Source of the DNA: an uncultured Gammaproteobacteria bacterium
Lineage (GTDB): Bacteria; Patescibacteriota; Patescibacteriia; Magasanikbacterales; GCA-002688135
Reading direction: 5' to 3'
Assembly: GCA_964536205.1 (NCBI GenBank)
Contig: CAZHVT010000006.1
Coordinates: 8,623-72,622, forward strand
DNA length: 64,000 nucleotides
Under the pieces are notes generated by a model. It saw only the letters and a program-made list of their open reading frames with translations. It was not told the DNA's origin and made no database searches. Position numbers and translations under genes: made by a program. The first letter of the stretch is position 1. Each line of letters opens with the position of its first letter. Shown one piece after another: positions 49,214 through 58,092 of this stretch.

Positions 49214-50660
49214 AATTTTCACAGCTATTTTACTTATTGCATTACTGGAGGCAACCTCACTCCTTGCTTTTTTCCATCCGCAAACCGAAATCTATAGTTT
49301 AGGTTTGTTCGGTTTGATTGCTGCTTTGCTTACGTACAGAAAGCTTGAGCATGGTCTTTTTCTGATTTTTGGTGAGTCGATTGTGAGCTCGTTTGGGCGA
49401 ATGCTCTCGTATGAAACTCTTTCATTGCGCATGTTGTTATTTTTTGTGGTTTTGTTTGTATGGTCTGTAAAACATGTTCCGACCTCGACACAGGGACGCA
49501 AAAAATTGGCCAAGGATTTTAATTCATCTGGCATAAGTTCGCCTCTTTTTGTTTTGTTGATACTTTTAGCGATCGCGTTTCAGCATGGTGTTTTTGCTGG
49601 AAGGGATATCATGACAGTTTTCAATGATTTTAATGGATATTTGTTTTTACTGCTTTTCATTCCTATCGCGACGATGAAATTCTCTGAATCGTCTTTTTCT
49701 TATTTCACTCGATTCATGACTATTGCGCTTTCATGGTTGATCGTTAAAAGTCTGATTATTTTCACTTATTTCTCTCATGTCTCACAACCATTTTTTGATT
49801 CTTGGTTTTACATTTGGCTCCGGGATATGCGTGTCGCTGAAATTACTCCATATGGAGATGGATTGGTTCGTGTGTTTTTGCAATCCCATATTTTTGTTGC
49901 TTTGGTATTTATTGTACTTGTTACGTTGCCCTCAAAATATAGGCCAAAGCATTTTACAAAACTACTGCTTGGTGTGACTTCTGTTGTTATGTTAAGTCTC
50001 TCTAGAAGTATGTGGCTGGGAGTTGGTTTTGTTTGTGTATGCCTTGTTGTGTGGCTCATCTATCGCAAGAAACTTGGATTAGTAAAGCGCATGAGTGTCA
50101 TAGGATTTTCTTCTATTCTTCTTGGATATGTCGTGATTCATGCGTTGTATATTTTGCCGTTTGGAGTGCATGAGAATCGTGCTCCACTTCATACATTGTT
50201 TACGCAACGAGTTCAGGCGATTGATTCTGAAGTTGCGGCGGCGAGTCGTTGGGAGCAGCTTCCTATTTTGTGGCGTGCTGTTACAGAAAAACCGATTCTT
50301 GGTCACGGATTTGGGAAATCTCTTATTATTAAAAATCCTCATGATTCATCGGTCAAAGAAGAGCGAACTGCGTTTGAGTGGGGATGGTTGGATATTTGGA
50401 TTAAGGCTGGGATATTGGGGGTGCTTACGTATGTGTGGCTTTTGTACAAAGTCATGAGAAGTGTATATCGATTACAATTGCCAAAAGGAAACTGCCAAGT
50501 TAAGCGCGGATTGGTTTGTACGGTTTTAGCCCTAATTATCACTAATATTTTCACTCCATATTTAAATCATCCTTTAGGAATTGGTGTTTTATCAATGATT
50601 TTTCTAACTGCGTTATTGTTGCGAAGTGGTTTACAGAATCACAATACTAAAATTACATAA
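49203..50660 (+). CDS. O-antigen ligase/polymerase family membrane protein
   Basis: LSLSRSMWLG, ASRW..., PILGHGFG; many TM segments. Confidence 0.8.
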   Translation: MKRKIFTAILLIALLEATSLLAFFHPQTEIYSLGLFGLIAALLTYRKLEHGLFLIFGESIVSSFGRMLSYETLSLRMLLFFVVLFVWSVKHVPTSTQGRKKLAKDFNSSGISSPLFVLLILLAIAFQHGVFAGRDIMTVFNDFNGYLFLLLFIPIATMKFSESSFSYFTRFMTIALSWLIVKSLIIFTYFSHVSQPFFDSWFYIWLRDMRVAEITPYGDGLVRVFLQSHIFVALVFIVLVTLPSKYRPKHFTKLLLGVTSVVMLSLSRSMWLGVGFVCVCLVVWLIYRKKLGLVKRMSVIGFSSILLGYVVIHALYILPFGVHENRAPLHTLFTQRVQAIDSEVAAASRWEQLPILWRAVTEKPILGHGFGKSLIIKNPHDSSVKEERTAFEWGWLDIWIKAGILGVLTYVWLLYKVMRSVYRLQLPKGNCQVKRGLVCTVLALIITNIFTPYLNHPLGIGVLSMIFLTALLLRSGLQNHNTKIT

Positions 50661-50696
50661 ATACCGGTTTTTAGATATGTTGGATCTCCATGAGCA

Positions 50697-50725
50697 TTGA
50701 CAAAACCGGTTTTTTGTGTTATTAT
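50697..50725 (+). promoter_or_regulatory. Near-consensus sigma70 promoter of the orphan cassette
   Basis: TTGACA-N17-TATTAT with extended TG. Confidence 0.75.
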
Positions 50726-50826
50726 GTTCGTAATTCTTGGGTGTATATCCAAGTCGTTGCCGAAAGGTAATTAGGGTGTTTGCTTGCGCATCTTCATTGC
50801 AAGTGTTCTTTTAAAGGAGTAGATGT

Positions 50827-51387
50827 ATGTCTACGGGAATGATGGGCTTCATGCCGAGTAATTGTCAGAACTGCAGTGATACCCGATGTGGTGGGAATTG
50901 TCATTCCTCCTATGATTTGGGTCCGTGCCCCATCTGTTGTCGTACGCGCTGTAATGACGCGAGTCACCTGACTGTTTTGCAGTTCGGAGGCGAAGGCGGT
51001 GGCGGAGGGAAAAGCATTGTGAGTCCCGGTGGTCCAACAGGAAAGCGTCCGGAGAAGTGGTGGAAACTCGAGAGTTGGTGGTATCGCTTTGTGAATTTCT
51101 GCATCGTCAAGGGGCCCAATGAGATGTCTCTCATGATGAGCAATCACGGCGATCGAGATCCGCTCAAGGCCACACGGGTTCAGTTCTTCATCGCGCCAGC
51201 GGGAAAGGAGCAGGAAGCTTGTGGGATGCTGTGCCAGATCAAAGGACTGACTCACAGCGAGTTCCTTCATGGATGGGAGATTACTGGTAGTGCGCTGATC
51301 AATGGCACCGGCGATATCGATGCTGCGGTTGACTTCCACGCCACCTACAACCACCAGACGCGAATTGGCACACTAATATTCATGTAA
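50827..51387 (+). CDS. Orphan beta-rich protein, paralog A, with an N-terminal Cys-rich (Zn?) segment
   Basis: CQNC..C..C..CPICC..C, then WW..WW..GPNEM..WEITG; AAGGAG SD. Confidence 0.75.
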   Translation: MSTGMMGFMPSNCQNCSDTRCGGNCHSSYDLGPCPICCRTRCNDASHLTVLQFGGEGGGGGKSIVSPGGPTGKRPEKWWKLESWWYRFVNFCIVKGPNEMSLMMSNHGDRDPLKATRVQFFIAPAGKEQEACGMLCQIKGLTHSEFLHGWEITGSALINGTGDIDAAVDFHATYNHQTRIGTLIFM

Positions 51388-51403
51388 TCGACGGTACGCC
51401 GTC

Positions 51404-51444
51404 ACAAAGACCCTCGCATGGGATATGCGGGGGTCTAGTTTTTT
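51404..51444 (+). terminator. Intrinsic terminator, near-identical to 52008-52049
   Basis: AGACCCTCGCAT...ATGCGGGGGTCT+T-run. Confidence 0.85.
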
Positions 51445-51566
51445 ATATAATTTAGCTACTGCTCTGGGGTTGACAGATGCGGCTTTTTCTGCTATTATGT
51501 TGTTATCTTTGAGTGTTCTTTTAACCGCACTGGTGTATTCCAGTGCTTGCACATAGGAGTAGACGT

Positions 51567-51998
51567 ATGTCTAACGAAACCCCTTTTTGGATGACGGAAG
51601 AAGGTAAGTCTGGGATCGCGGCCATGAAAGAGAGTCCTACTGCGAAGCCTGCCCAAGATGGTCAGCGCTGGTGGGTTAAGCAAAACTGGTGGGAGACCTG
51701 TAAGAGTTTTCATATCGTTGGAGAAGGTCCCAATGAGATGAAGCTGTCGATGTCACTGTTTGGTCCGCGCGACGTGCAGGCTTGCACCACGGTGTATTTC
51801 AAGATTCGTCCCACATCTGGTCCGGATCTTTCTCACCGGCGGTTTGTTTGTCTCATCGACGGCATCCGTCATTCTGCCTTTCCTGATACGTGGGAATTGA
51901 CCGGCCTCGCGCATGTTGGTGCACGGTGGATTCCGTTCACCGCTGATTACTCGATCCCCAACAAGAGAACCGGGATGATCATTCTCAACCCGAGCTAA
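51567..51998 (+). CDS. Orphan beta-rich protein, paralog B
   Basis: RWWVKQNWW..GPNEM..WELTG..RTG aligns with 50827-51387; AGGAG SD. Confidence 0.75.
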   Translation: MSNETPFWMTEEGKSGIAAMKESPTAKPAQDGQRWWVKQNWWETCKSFHIVGEGPNEMKLSMSLFGPRDVQACTTVYFKIRPTSGPDLSHRRFVCLIDGIRHSAFPDTWELTGLAHVGARWIPFTADYSIPNKRTGMIILNPS

Positions 51999-52051
51999 GG
52001 CTCACGAACAAAGACCCTCGCAGGGATATGCGGGGGTCTAGTTTTTTTTAC

Positions 52052-52091
52052 AAATATCAGTACCGGGTACTAGTACCCGGTACTGATATTT
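52052..52091. repeat. Perfect 40-bp palindrome
   Basis: AAATATCAGTACCGGGTACT|AGTACCCGGTACTGATATTT. Confidence 0.95.
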
Positions 52092-53025
52092 AGGAGGGGA
52101 GACCGTAGCCGTTAAGGTATTGTTCTCCGGTTATCCATTTTTTTCCTTCTGGCTGCACTTCATCTAGTACTAATGCATCGCCACCACATTGTACGGCAAT
52201 CGACCCCTCGTGTTCAAAATACTCTCCAGGTTTTCCATCTCGTCCGATATTTCGGGCGCTTTTTATTTTTAATCGTTTTCCATTTATCATGCAATATGTT
52301 CCAGGCTCTGGATTGAGTGCGCGGATGCGCCGTTCTAAACTTACTGCATCCTTATCCCAAAACAATGATCCGTCATTTGTAGTTATCATTTTGGTGAAAG
52401 AAGCCTTGTTGTGATTTTGCTCAACCGGTTTTAATGTTCCGTTTATGTATAGTGCCAAAGCTTCTGGAATGATGTTTGCAGATAGTCGAGAGAGTGTATC
52501 TGATAATTCCTGATATGTTTCGTTTCCATTTAATTTGTATTCCATTTGCGTCAGAATTGGTCCGTGATCCATTTGCTCATCAATCAACATGATACTCGTT
52601 CCGGTTTTATGATTACCTTTTAAAATTGCGTATTGGATTGGTGCTGGGCCGCGGTATTCTGGGAGTAGGGAAGGGTGAACATTTACAGTTTTAAACTTCG
52701 GCATGTTGAGTAGATTGTCTGGGATGAGTTTTCCGTATGCGACCACACATGCAATATCCGCATTCATTTTTTTTATCTGTTCATCAATTGAACCATCTTT
52801 GAGTGATTCTGGTTGTAGCGGCAAAATTGATTTTGTTTTTGACCATTCTTTGACAGGAGATTCCTTCAGCTCTTTTTTTCGTCCGGCTGGTTTGTCTGGT
52901 TGTGTAATCACTCCGATAATATAGAACCGTTGATCATTTGCGATGGATTCAAAAATCGGGACTGCAAAATCTGATGTCCCGATGAGTAGAATATTTATTA
53001 TGTCAGAGGAGTGATTGTTTTTCAT
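52090..53025 (-). CDS. fmt: Methionyl-tRNA formyltransferase
   Basis: GTSDFA, TQPDKPAGR, NVHPSLLPEYRGPAPIQ. Confidence 0.96.
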   Translation of the reverse strand: MKNNHSSDIINILLIGTSDFAVPIFESIANDQRFYIIGVITQPDKPAGRKKELKESPVKEWSKTKSILPLQPESLKDGSIDEQIKKMNADIACVVAYGKLIPDNLLNMPKFKTVNVHPSLLPEYRGPAPIQYAILKGNHKTGTSIMLIDEQMDHGPILTQMEYKLNGNETYQELSDTLSRLSANIIPEALALYINGTLKPVEQNHNKASFTKMITTNDGSLFWDKDAVSLERRIRALNPEPGTYCMINGKRLKIKSARNIGRDGKPGEYFEHEGSIAVQCGGDALVLDEVQPEGKKWITGEQYLNGYGLPS

Positions 53026-53512
53026 CAGTATCTTTATCTAAATAGTCTGCTTTGTCGATGAATAGAATTCCATCGAGATGATCAATTTCGTGTTGTGTAA
53101 CTCTTGAGAGCCATCCTTTGGCTTTTATCTTTACTTTTTTTCCATTCTCATCCAGAGCTTTAATGTGCACTGCTTTTGGTCGCGTTACTGGCCCAAATAC
53201 ATTTGGAACAGACAAGCATCCTTCCTGCATACTAATCGTAGTTTTGGAATTCCACGTAATTTCCGGATTGATCAAAACACGAGGATTTTTTCCTACATCA
53301 GAAACGAAACAAATTCTTTTTTGCACACCAACCTGCGGAGCTGCTATTCCAATTCCATCATCTTCGAGCATTGTTTTGTATAGTTCTGATAGGAATTTTT
53401 TCATTTTATCAGTTTGCAATTCTTCTATCGAAACAGCCTCCGAAACTTCTCGGAGTTGTGGGTTAGGATCTGTGAGAACTTTGAGTCCTTTTTTTGCTGG
53501 TTGTATCGTCAT
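53003..53512 (-). CDS. def: Peptide deformylase
   Basis: GIGIAAPQVG, EGCLS, QHEIDHLDG. Confidence 0.97.
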   Translation of the reverse strand: MTIQPAKKGLKVLTDPNPQLREVSEAVSIEELQTDKMKKFLSELYKTMLEDDGIGIAAPQVGVQKRICFVSDVGKNPRVLINPEITWNSKTTISMQEGCLSVPNVFGPVTRPKAVHIKALDENGKKVKIKAKGWLSRVTQHEIDHLDGILFIDKADYLDKDTDEKQSLL

Positions 53513-53520
53513 AATCGCGA

Positions 53521-55317
53521 CTAGGATAACAGAGAATTTGGGTCAATGTCAACCTTCATGCCTTGCTTCAAAAGTGGTGTGATTTCCTGTGCCTGCTTCC
53601 ACCATGCGTTAGGATCTAGCTTACACAAAACTGCATATCGTTTATTTTTTCCTCGCGTTTCAGGCAGTAGAGGGTAAGACATTACCTCAATTCCTTTTAG
53701 ATTCTGCGAGATTGTTTGCACTAATTTATTCATTGTCGCTATTGCTTGCGGAGCCTCGAGTGATATCTTCATCAATTTTGAGTGCGGAGGATATTTCAGT
53801 TGTTTTCTAACTGCGTTTTCCGATTTGAGAAATGGTTGAAGTTTTCCGGAAATAAGTGCTTCAAATACAGCGTGATCTGGGGCATGTGTTTGAATAATAA
53901 AACTTCCATCGTTTGATTGCGCGATTCCATTCATTGTTGCAAATAATGCCAAACCTCGCTCTGCAGCATTATATTCGGGGATATTTAATATATGATCTGC
54001 ATCAACAACTCCGAATAATGTAACGCCGAAATCGTGGATGTATGGAATTGCTGCTGTTGTTCCGATGATTATCAACGGCTTATCTAGTGTAATGTTTTTT
54101 TGTTTTTCATCTGCCGTCCATTCGATAACATGCACCTTGTCTCCGAATTGTTTGCCAGCCCAATGCGCGATCTGTTGGATCCCTGCTCCTTGATAGCGAA
54201 GTGTTATGCCGCTACATTTATGGCAATTTGTAGGAACTTCTACCGCGCTTTTGCAATGTCTGCATAAAGCTTTGTTATCACCGAGCGTGTAGGGTAGAAA
54301 ACATGAGACGCATGAAAATATGTATCCACAATCTCTACAGCGAAGCATTTGCGCAAATCCTTTTTTATTTATGAATAGAAATACTGATTCTTCCTTCTCA
54401 ATACTTTCGTGCATGTGGCGATCCAATGTAGAACTTATGATCTCGTAATTTCCTGCGCCGCGTTCTTTTGTCATGTTTGCAATGGTGATGTTGGTTGGCT
54501 TGCGTTTTCCGATTTGAGACAGATTTTTTTTTGAGACGCTGTTTATGGTTGTGAACTTTGGCGTTCGACTGAAATACGTAACATCTGCCCCTAATCGTTC
54601 TGCGATATCATGTACACGATAGCGCGGGGCTTGATCCCAGCTTTTGTGATCTTGCCATTCTTCATCTATCACAATAACTTTTTCAAGATTATATAGAGGG
54701 AGAAATGCAGCAGATCTTGTCCCAATCACAACTTGTTCACCATTTCGCACTTTCAACCATGCCTCTCGTTTTTCTTTTACCGACATCGTACTCTCCCACG
54801 AAACTGCACTAAAATGTAGATGCCTCATTTCAAGTAGTTGTGTGATTTGTGGGACAAGAATCAAAATTTGTCCGGTAGCTTTTTTAATTTCTTCTTTGAT
54901 CATCTTATGATACGACTTTACATCCGTGTATCGTACGACTTTCTTGCTTCCTGATTTTGTATTGTGTTTTATGGGTAAAAGCTCGACTTTTGTCAGAGAT
55001 CTTTTTTGTAATGAGGGAAGCATCATGGTGATAATGACACTTGGCGCAACTCCATATACACGAGCAACTTCGTTAGCGAATTTCACAGCGCGTCCTGACA
55101 AGAAAGGGGTTTGATTGAGAAGTCTTGTGATTGGTTTCAGTTTCCCTTTGTGTATTGATGTGTCTGTTGTGCCAGATACACATCCCAAAATCGAACTTGA
55201 TCGAAATGGAATTTCTACCAGTTGTCCAACCTCAACTTTCATTCCCTCTGGAATTGCATAATCAAAATATCCCATTTTCATGGGCATGCGTTTGAGTGGG
55301 ATGATGTGTGCGATCAT
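53521..55317 (-). CDS. priA: Primosomal protein N' (degenerate helicase)
   Basis: FDYAIP N-domain, GTRSAAF, 8-Cys zinc region, IQT..P, YPP; Walker A not visible. Confidence 0.85.
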   Translation of the reverse strand: MIAHIIPLKRMPMKMGYFDYAIPEGMKVEVGQLVEIPFRSSSILGCVSGTTDTSIHKGKLKPITRLLNQTPFLSGRAVKFANEVARVYGVAPSVIITMMLPSLQKRSLTKVELLPIKHNTKSGSKKVVRYTDVKSYHKMIKEEIKKATGQILILVPQITQLLEMRHLHFSAVSWESTMSVKEKREAWLKVRNGEQVVIGTRSAAFLPLYNLEKVIVIDEEWQDHKSWDQAPRYRVHDIAERLGADVTYFSRTPKFTTINSVSKKNLSQIGKRKPTNITIANMTKERGAGNYEIISSTLDRHMHESIEKEESVFLFINKKGFAQMLRCRDCGYIFSCVSCFLPYTLGDNKALCRHCKSAVEVPTNCHKCSGITLRYQGAGIQQIAHWAGKQFGDKVHVIEWTADEKQKNITLDKPLIIIGTTAAIPYIHDFGVTLFGVVDADHILNIPEYNAAERGLALFATMNGIAQSNDGSFIIQTHAPDHAVFEALISGKLQPFLKSENAVRKQLKYPPHSKLMKISLEAPQAIATMNKLVQTISQNLKGIEVMSYPLLPETRGKNKRYAVLCKLDPNAWWKQAQEITPLLKQGMKVDIDPNSLLS

Positions 55318-56111
55318 TAGTGTAGTTTAAAAAGAGTAGTAATGTGTCCGACGCCGTGCGGTGCTTCGTATGATAGAACTTTCGGTTTTGTTTTTACTCG
55401 GTTGAGCATTCCAAATAACATCAATAATGGACCATACGCGCATGTTGCTGCATCTTCAACTAACTGTGACTTCATGTTTATCAAGTCACTCGTATGTGTT
55501 TCTTTTAAAATCTCTTGAATTTTTTTATCGAACTTCTCTGCGTTTTTGTTAAATCCTGCGGGAGATGAAGTTGTAAGTGCGTGTGATAAGTCTGCGGAAG
55601 CCAACACGCCCATTCGTTTATTTGATTGCATTGCGATACCTTTCAGAATGTAACCGCAATCTATATGAGCTTGAGCGTTGAGTTGAGATGATCGAACGAT
55701 AATAATTTTTGTATGTTTCAATGCATCGATGAAATGGAGCAGAGGAATCGCAGCCGCATAATCACATTCACCAGAACCGTCGATCATAAATGGAACGCTT
55801 TCTTTTTTTCCAGCCTCTCGAATATTTGAGACGACATGTGTATCAACTTTGAATGTTCCTTCCGTAATCAAATCTCCAAAACTTTTTAAATCGATGTGTA
55901 ATTCTGGATGACCTGAAATTGCAAATGAGTGTGCGCGCTGTGGGCCATGTGGCGATAAAACAAACAGTGTATCCAGTTGTGCGATATACAATTCTTTTTT
56001 TATTTTCTTCAGCGATGCCAGTGTATCATCAAAATCACCGACAGCCTTTTTGCCGATGACTTTATGTAATAGTGGAGAGTGTGGTACGACAGCTGCGAAG
56101 TGTAAACTCAT
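55317..56111 (-). CDS. MEMO1/LigB-like (AmmeMemoRadiSam protein B-like) protein
   Basis: PHSP, SPH, ASADLSH, YEAPHGVG. Confidence 0.8.
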   Translation of the reverse strand: MSLHFAAVVPHSPLLHKVIGKKAVGDFDDTLASLKKIKKELYIAQLDTLFVLSPHGPQRAHSFAISGHPELHIDLKSFGDLITEGTFKVDTHVVSNIREAGKKESVPFMIDGSGECDYAAAIPLLHFIDALKHTKIIIVRSSQLNAQAHIDCGYILKGIAMQSNKRMGVLASADLSHALTTSSPAGFNKNAEKFDKKIQEILKETHTSDLINMKSQLVEDAATCAYGPLLMLFGMLNRVKTKPKVLSYEAPHGVGHITTLFKLH

Positions 56112-56249
56112 ATAGATTAATTACCAATGACCAAATAACCATGACCAAACAAATCTCAAATATCAATTTTAATTCTCAAACGTCGCGTTTTTGGAGTTTG
56201 TATTTTTGGAATTTGCTTGAGATTTGTGATGTGATACTTGTTATTTATT

Positions 56250-57605
56250 TCATGAAGCTCCTTGCAATGCTTCTGCTTCAGGATGTAACTCGAATAACGT
56301 GTCTCCAATCCATGCCACATCATCAAATGAAAATCCGAGTTGGGCGAATGTTTGTTCGTCAGGAATATATCTTCGTTCACCATTTGAAATTAAATATACT
56401 TTTGAATCGCCAATATTTGCGATGAGCGAGCCATCTTTAAATGTGATGGGATCGCCATCAAAATAATCTGCGAGTGCATCATCGTCTATTACCACTGGTG
56501 GTTCACCATTGAAATTTGAGGCAAGTAATCCATCACTCAACAATTCATGCTTCACGCCATTTTTTACATAGTAGGTGAGTGTGGAATTGCGAGCCTGCAA
56601 AAGTGCTCCGGTTGGATACGCAGATGCAGAAGTAATCATAGTGCCAATTTTGTAATGCGCGATTTCTGAAGGCACAACATCGATAATTTCCAGCGGATTA
56701 AATCCCAAAGATCTCATAGCTTCTTGAGATGCGAATTGCAACAACTCTTCGTCTACCAATAAATATGTTCTGATTCCTTGTCGAAGTAGAGAATAATTTT
56801 CATAGCTCATTGGAATTCCTTCGTCGATCATGTTGATGTCAGCGCGGTCGATAGTGACAATATCATTCTCATCGAAATACGAAACTAAAACTGACATTGA
56901 TGTGACGCGCCGACGTTTTCCTCGTTCTAAATACCACACATCTGGATCTTGATCTGCTTTCACGAGTAATCCGTCTGGATAGTCACGCTCAAACCATCGT
57001 CGCCAAATTGTTCGGAAATTTTTGTTTCCCTCAAGATGTGGTGTGTACGTATAGAGAAATGCAGTTGCATCATTTACTGGAATGACAACTTTTTCATCTA
57101 TCTTATATTCTTGCAACGCTCGTTTTATCCAAGGGTGTGAGCGTTTGTTTTCGATGTAAAATCTGAAGAGTGCGGCTGTTGAATCTACCTGCGTTGCAAA
57201 TCCCATGTGTTTTTTTATTCCCGGATCGCTTACATCACATGAATCACATACTGCAAATCCTGTTGCCCAATTGAGTTGTGAGAGGGAAGGGGATGGGTCT
57301 GTGATGAGTGACATTTCTTTTTGTAACATTACCAAAAGCACACGAGGGTTGATGTTGCTTCGTTGTGCAGCTCCGTAGATGATTTCGGCTGCAGATTTTT
57401 GTATATTATCGATGTCAAAAAAACGAAGGGATTTTAGAGCGCCGTTGTGGGCATCCAAAAGATTCTGGATATCATCGACATCCATCGTTCCCACATTCAC
57501 TAAATCTTTGTCCGTAATTACAAAACTTGGATTGAATTCTTCTTGTGCAGCTGCTGCGTTTGGCGCAATCAACACCAAAATAAGTCCGAAAACTAGCTTT
57601 TTCAT
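56250..57605 (-). CDS. Secreted protein with a lysozyme-like ('hemagglutinin'-annotated type) domain and repeated C-terminal beta modules
   Basis: Signal peptide; INPRVLLVMLQKEMSL and LYTYTPH; repeats DGLLVK..VWYL / GALLQ..YYV / DGSLI..VYLI. Confidence 0.7.
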   Translation of the reverse strand: MKKLVFGLILVLIAPNAAAAQEEFNPSFVITDKDLVNVGTMDVDDIQNLLDAHNGALKSLRFFDIDNIQKSAAEIIYGAAQRSNINPRVLLVMLQKEMSLITDPSPSLSQLNWATGFAVCDSCDVSDPGIKKHMGFATQVDSTAALFRFYIENKRSHPWIKRALQEYKIDEKVVIPVNDATAFLYTYTPHLEGNKNFRTIWRRWFERDYPDGLLVKADQDPDVWYLERGKRRRVTSMSVLVSYFDENDIVTIDRADINMIDEGIPMSYENYSLLRQGIRTYLLVDEELLQFASQEAMRSLGFNPLEIIDVVPSEIAHYKIGTMITSASAYPTGALLQARNSTLTYYVKNGVKHELLSDGLLASNFNGEPPVVIDDDALADYFDGDPITFKDGSLIANIGDSKVYLISNGERRYIPDEQTFAQLGFSFDDVAWIGDTLFELHPEAEALQGAS

Positions 57606-57669
57606 ACATCGTAATTATACGTCTTTTGTCGGGTGTTGACAATGATCCACAATTCTGTTATTGTATCCT

Positions 57670-58035
57670 CATCCACGTTGAAGACCGCGTTATTCTAGTG
57701 TAGGTAGCGTATGGCGTCAGCAACATGTTCTTGAAAACGTATTCAACTTTCACACCATAAAAACTTGAGGGTACGGCCGAATTCGAGCCGATGGATGATC
57801 CTCATCAAAATTTTATTGATCCGTGGCCACGGATGGTGGAGTCGACTTGTACTGACTCAGAGAGTTTGACCGGCCAATCAATCACGTTGGAACGAATACG
57901 GAAACCTGAATGTGAACGGCAACTTCAGTTGTGCGTACAAAATACATAGGGAGGCTGCGCGAGTAGCCTCCCGACCCAATCAATTGAGAGTCGCAAGCGA
58001 CTTTCTAGTGGAGACGCCCAGCGTCTCCCTTTTTT
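57670..58035 (+). ncRNA. Candidate ~360-nt structured non-coding transcript
   Basis: TTGACA(57636)-N17-TATTGT promoter, many hairpins and a terminator GGAGACGC/GCGTCTCC+T-run; only an SD-less 52-aa ORF inside. Confidence 0.45.
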
Positions 58036-58042
58036 ATCCAAA

Positions 58043-58080
58043 AAAATCAAAGTCGGAGTTCGAACTCCGACTTTGATTTT
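58043..58080. repeat. Perfect 38-bp palindrome (probably also the clpB terminator)
   Basis: AAAATCAAAGTCGGAGTTC|GAACTCCGACTTTGATTTT. Confidence 0.95.
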
Positions 58081-58092
58081 CAGACTTTTTAT

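Noticed and set aside
50794-51354. 186-aa minus-strand ORF
   Set aside because: It is antisense to the plus-strand gene supported by a promoter, SD, terminator and paralog.
57830-58030. tmRNA (minus-strand TCCACCA) or RNase P (AGAAAGTC) interpretation
   Set aside because: There is no T-arm before TCCACCA, no matching 5' acceptor strand and no complete RNase P P4 consensus.
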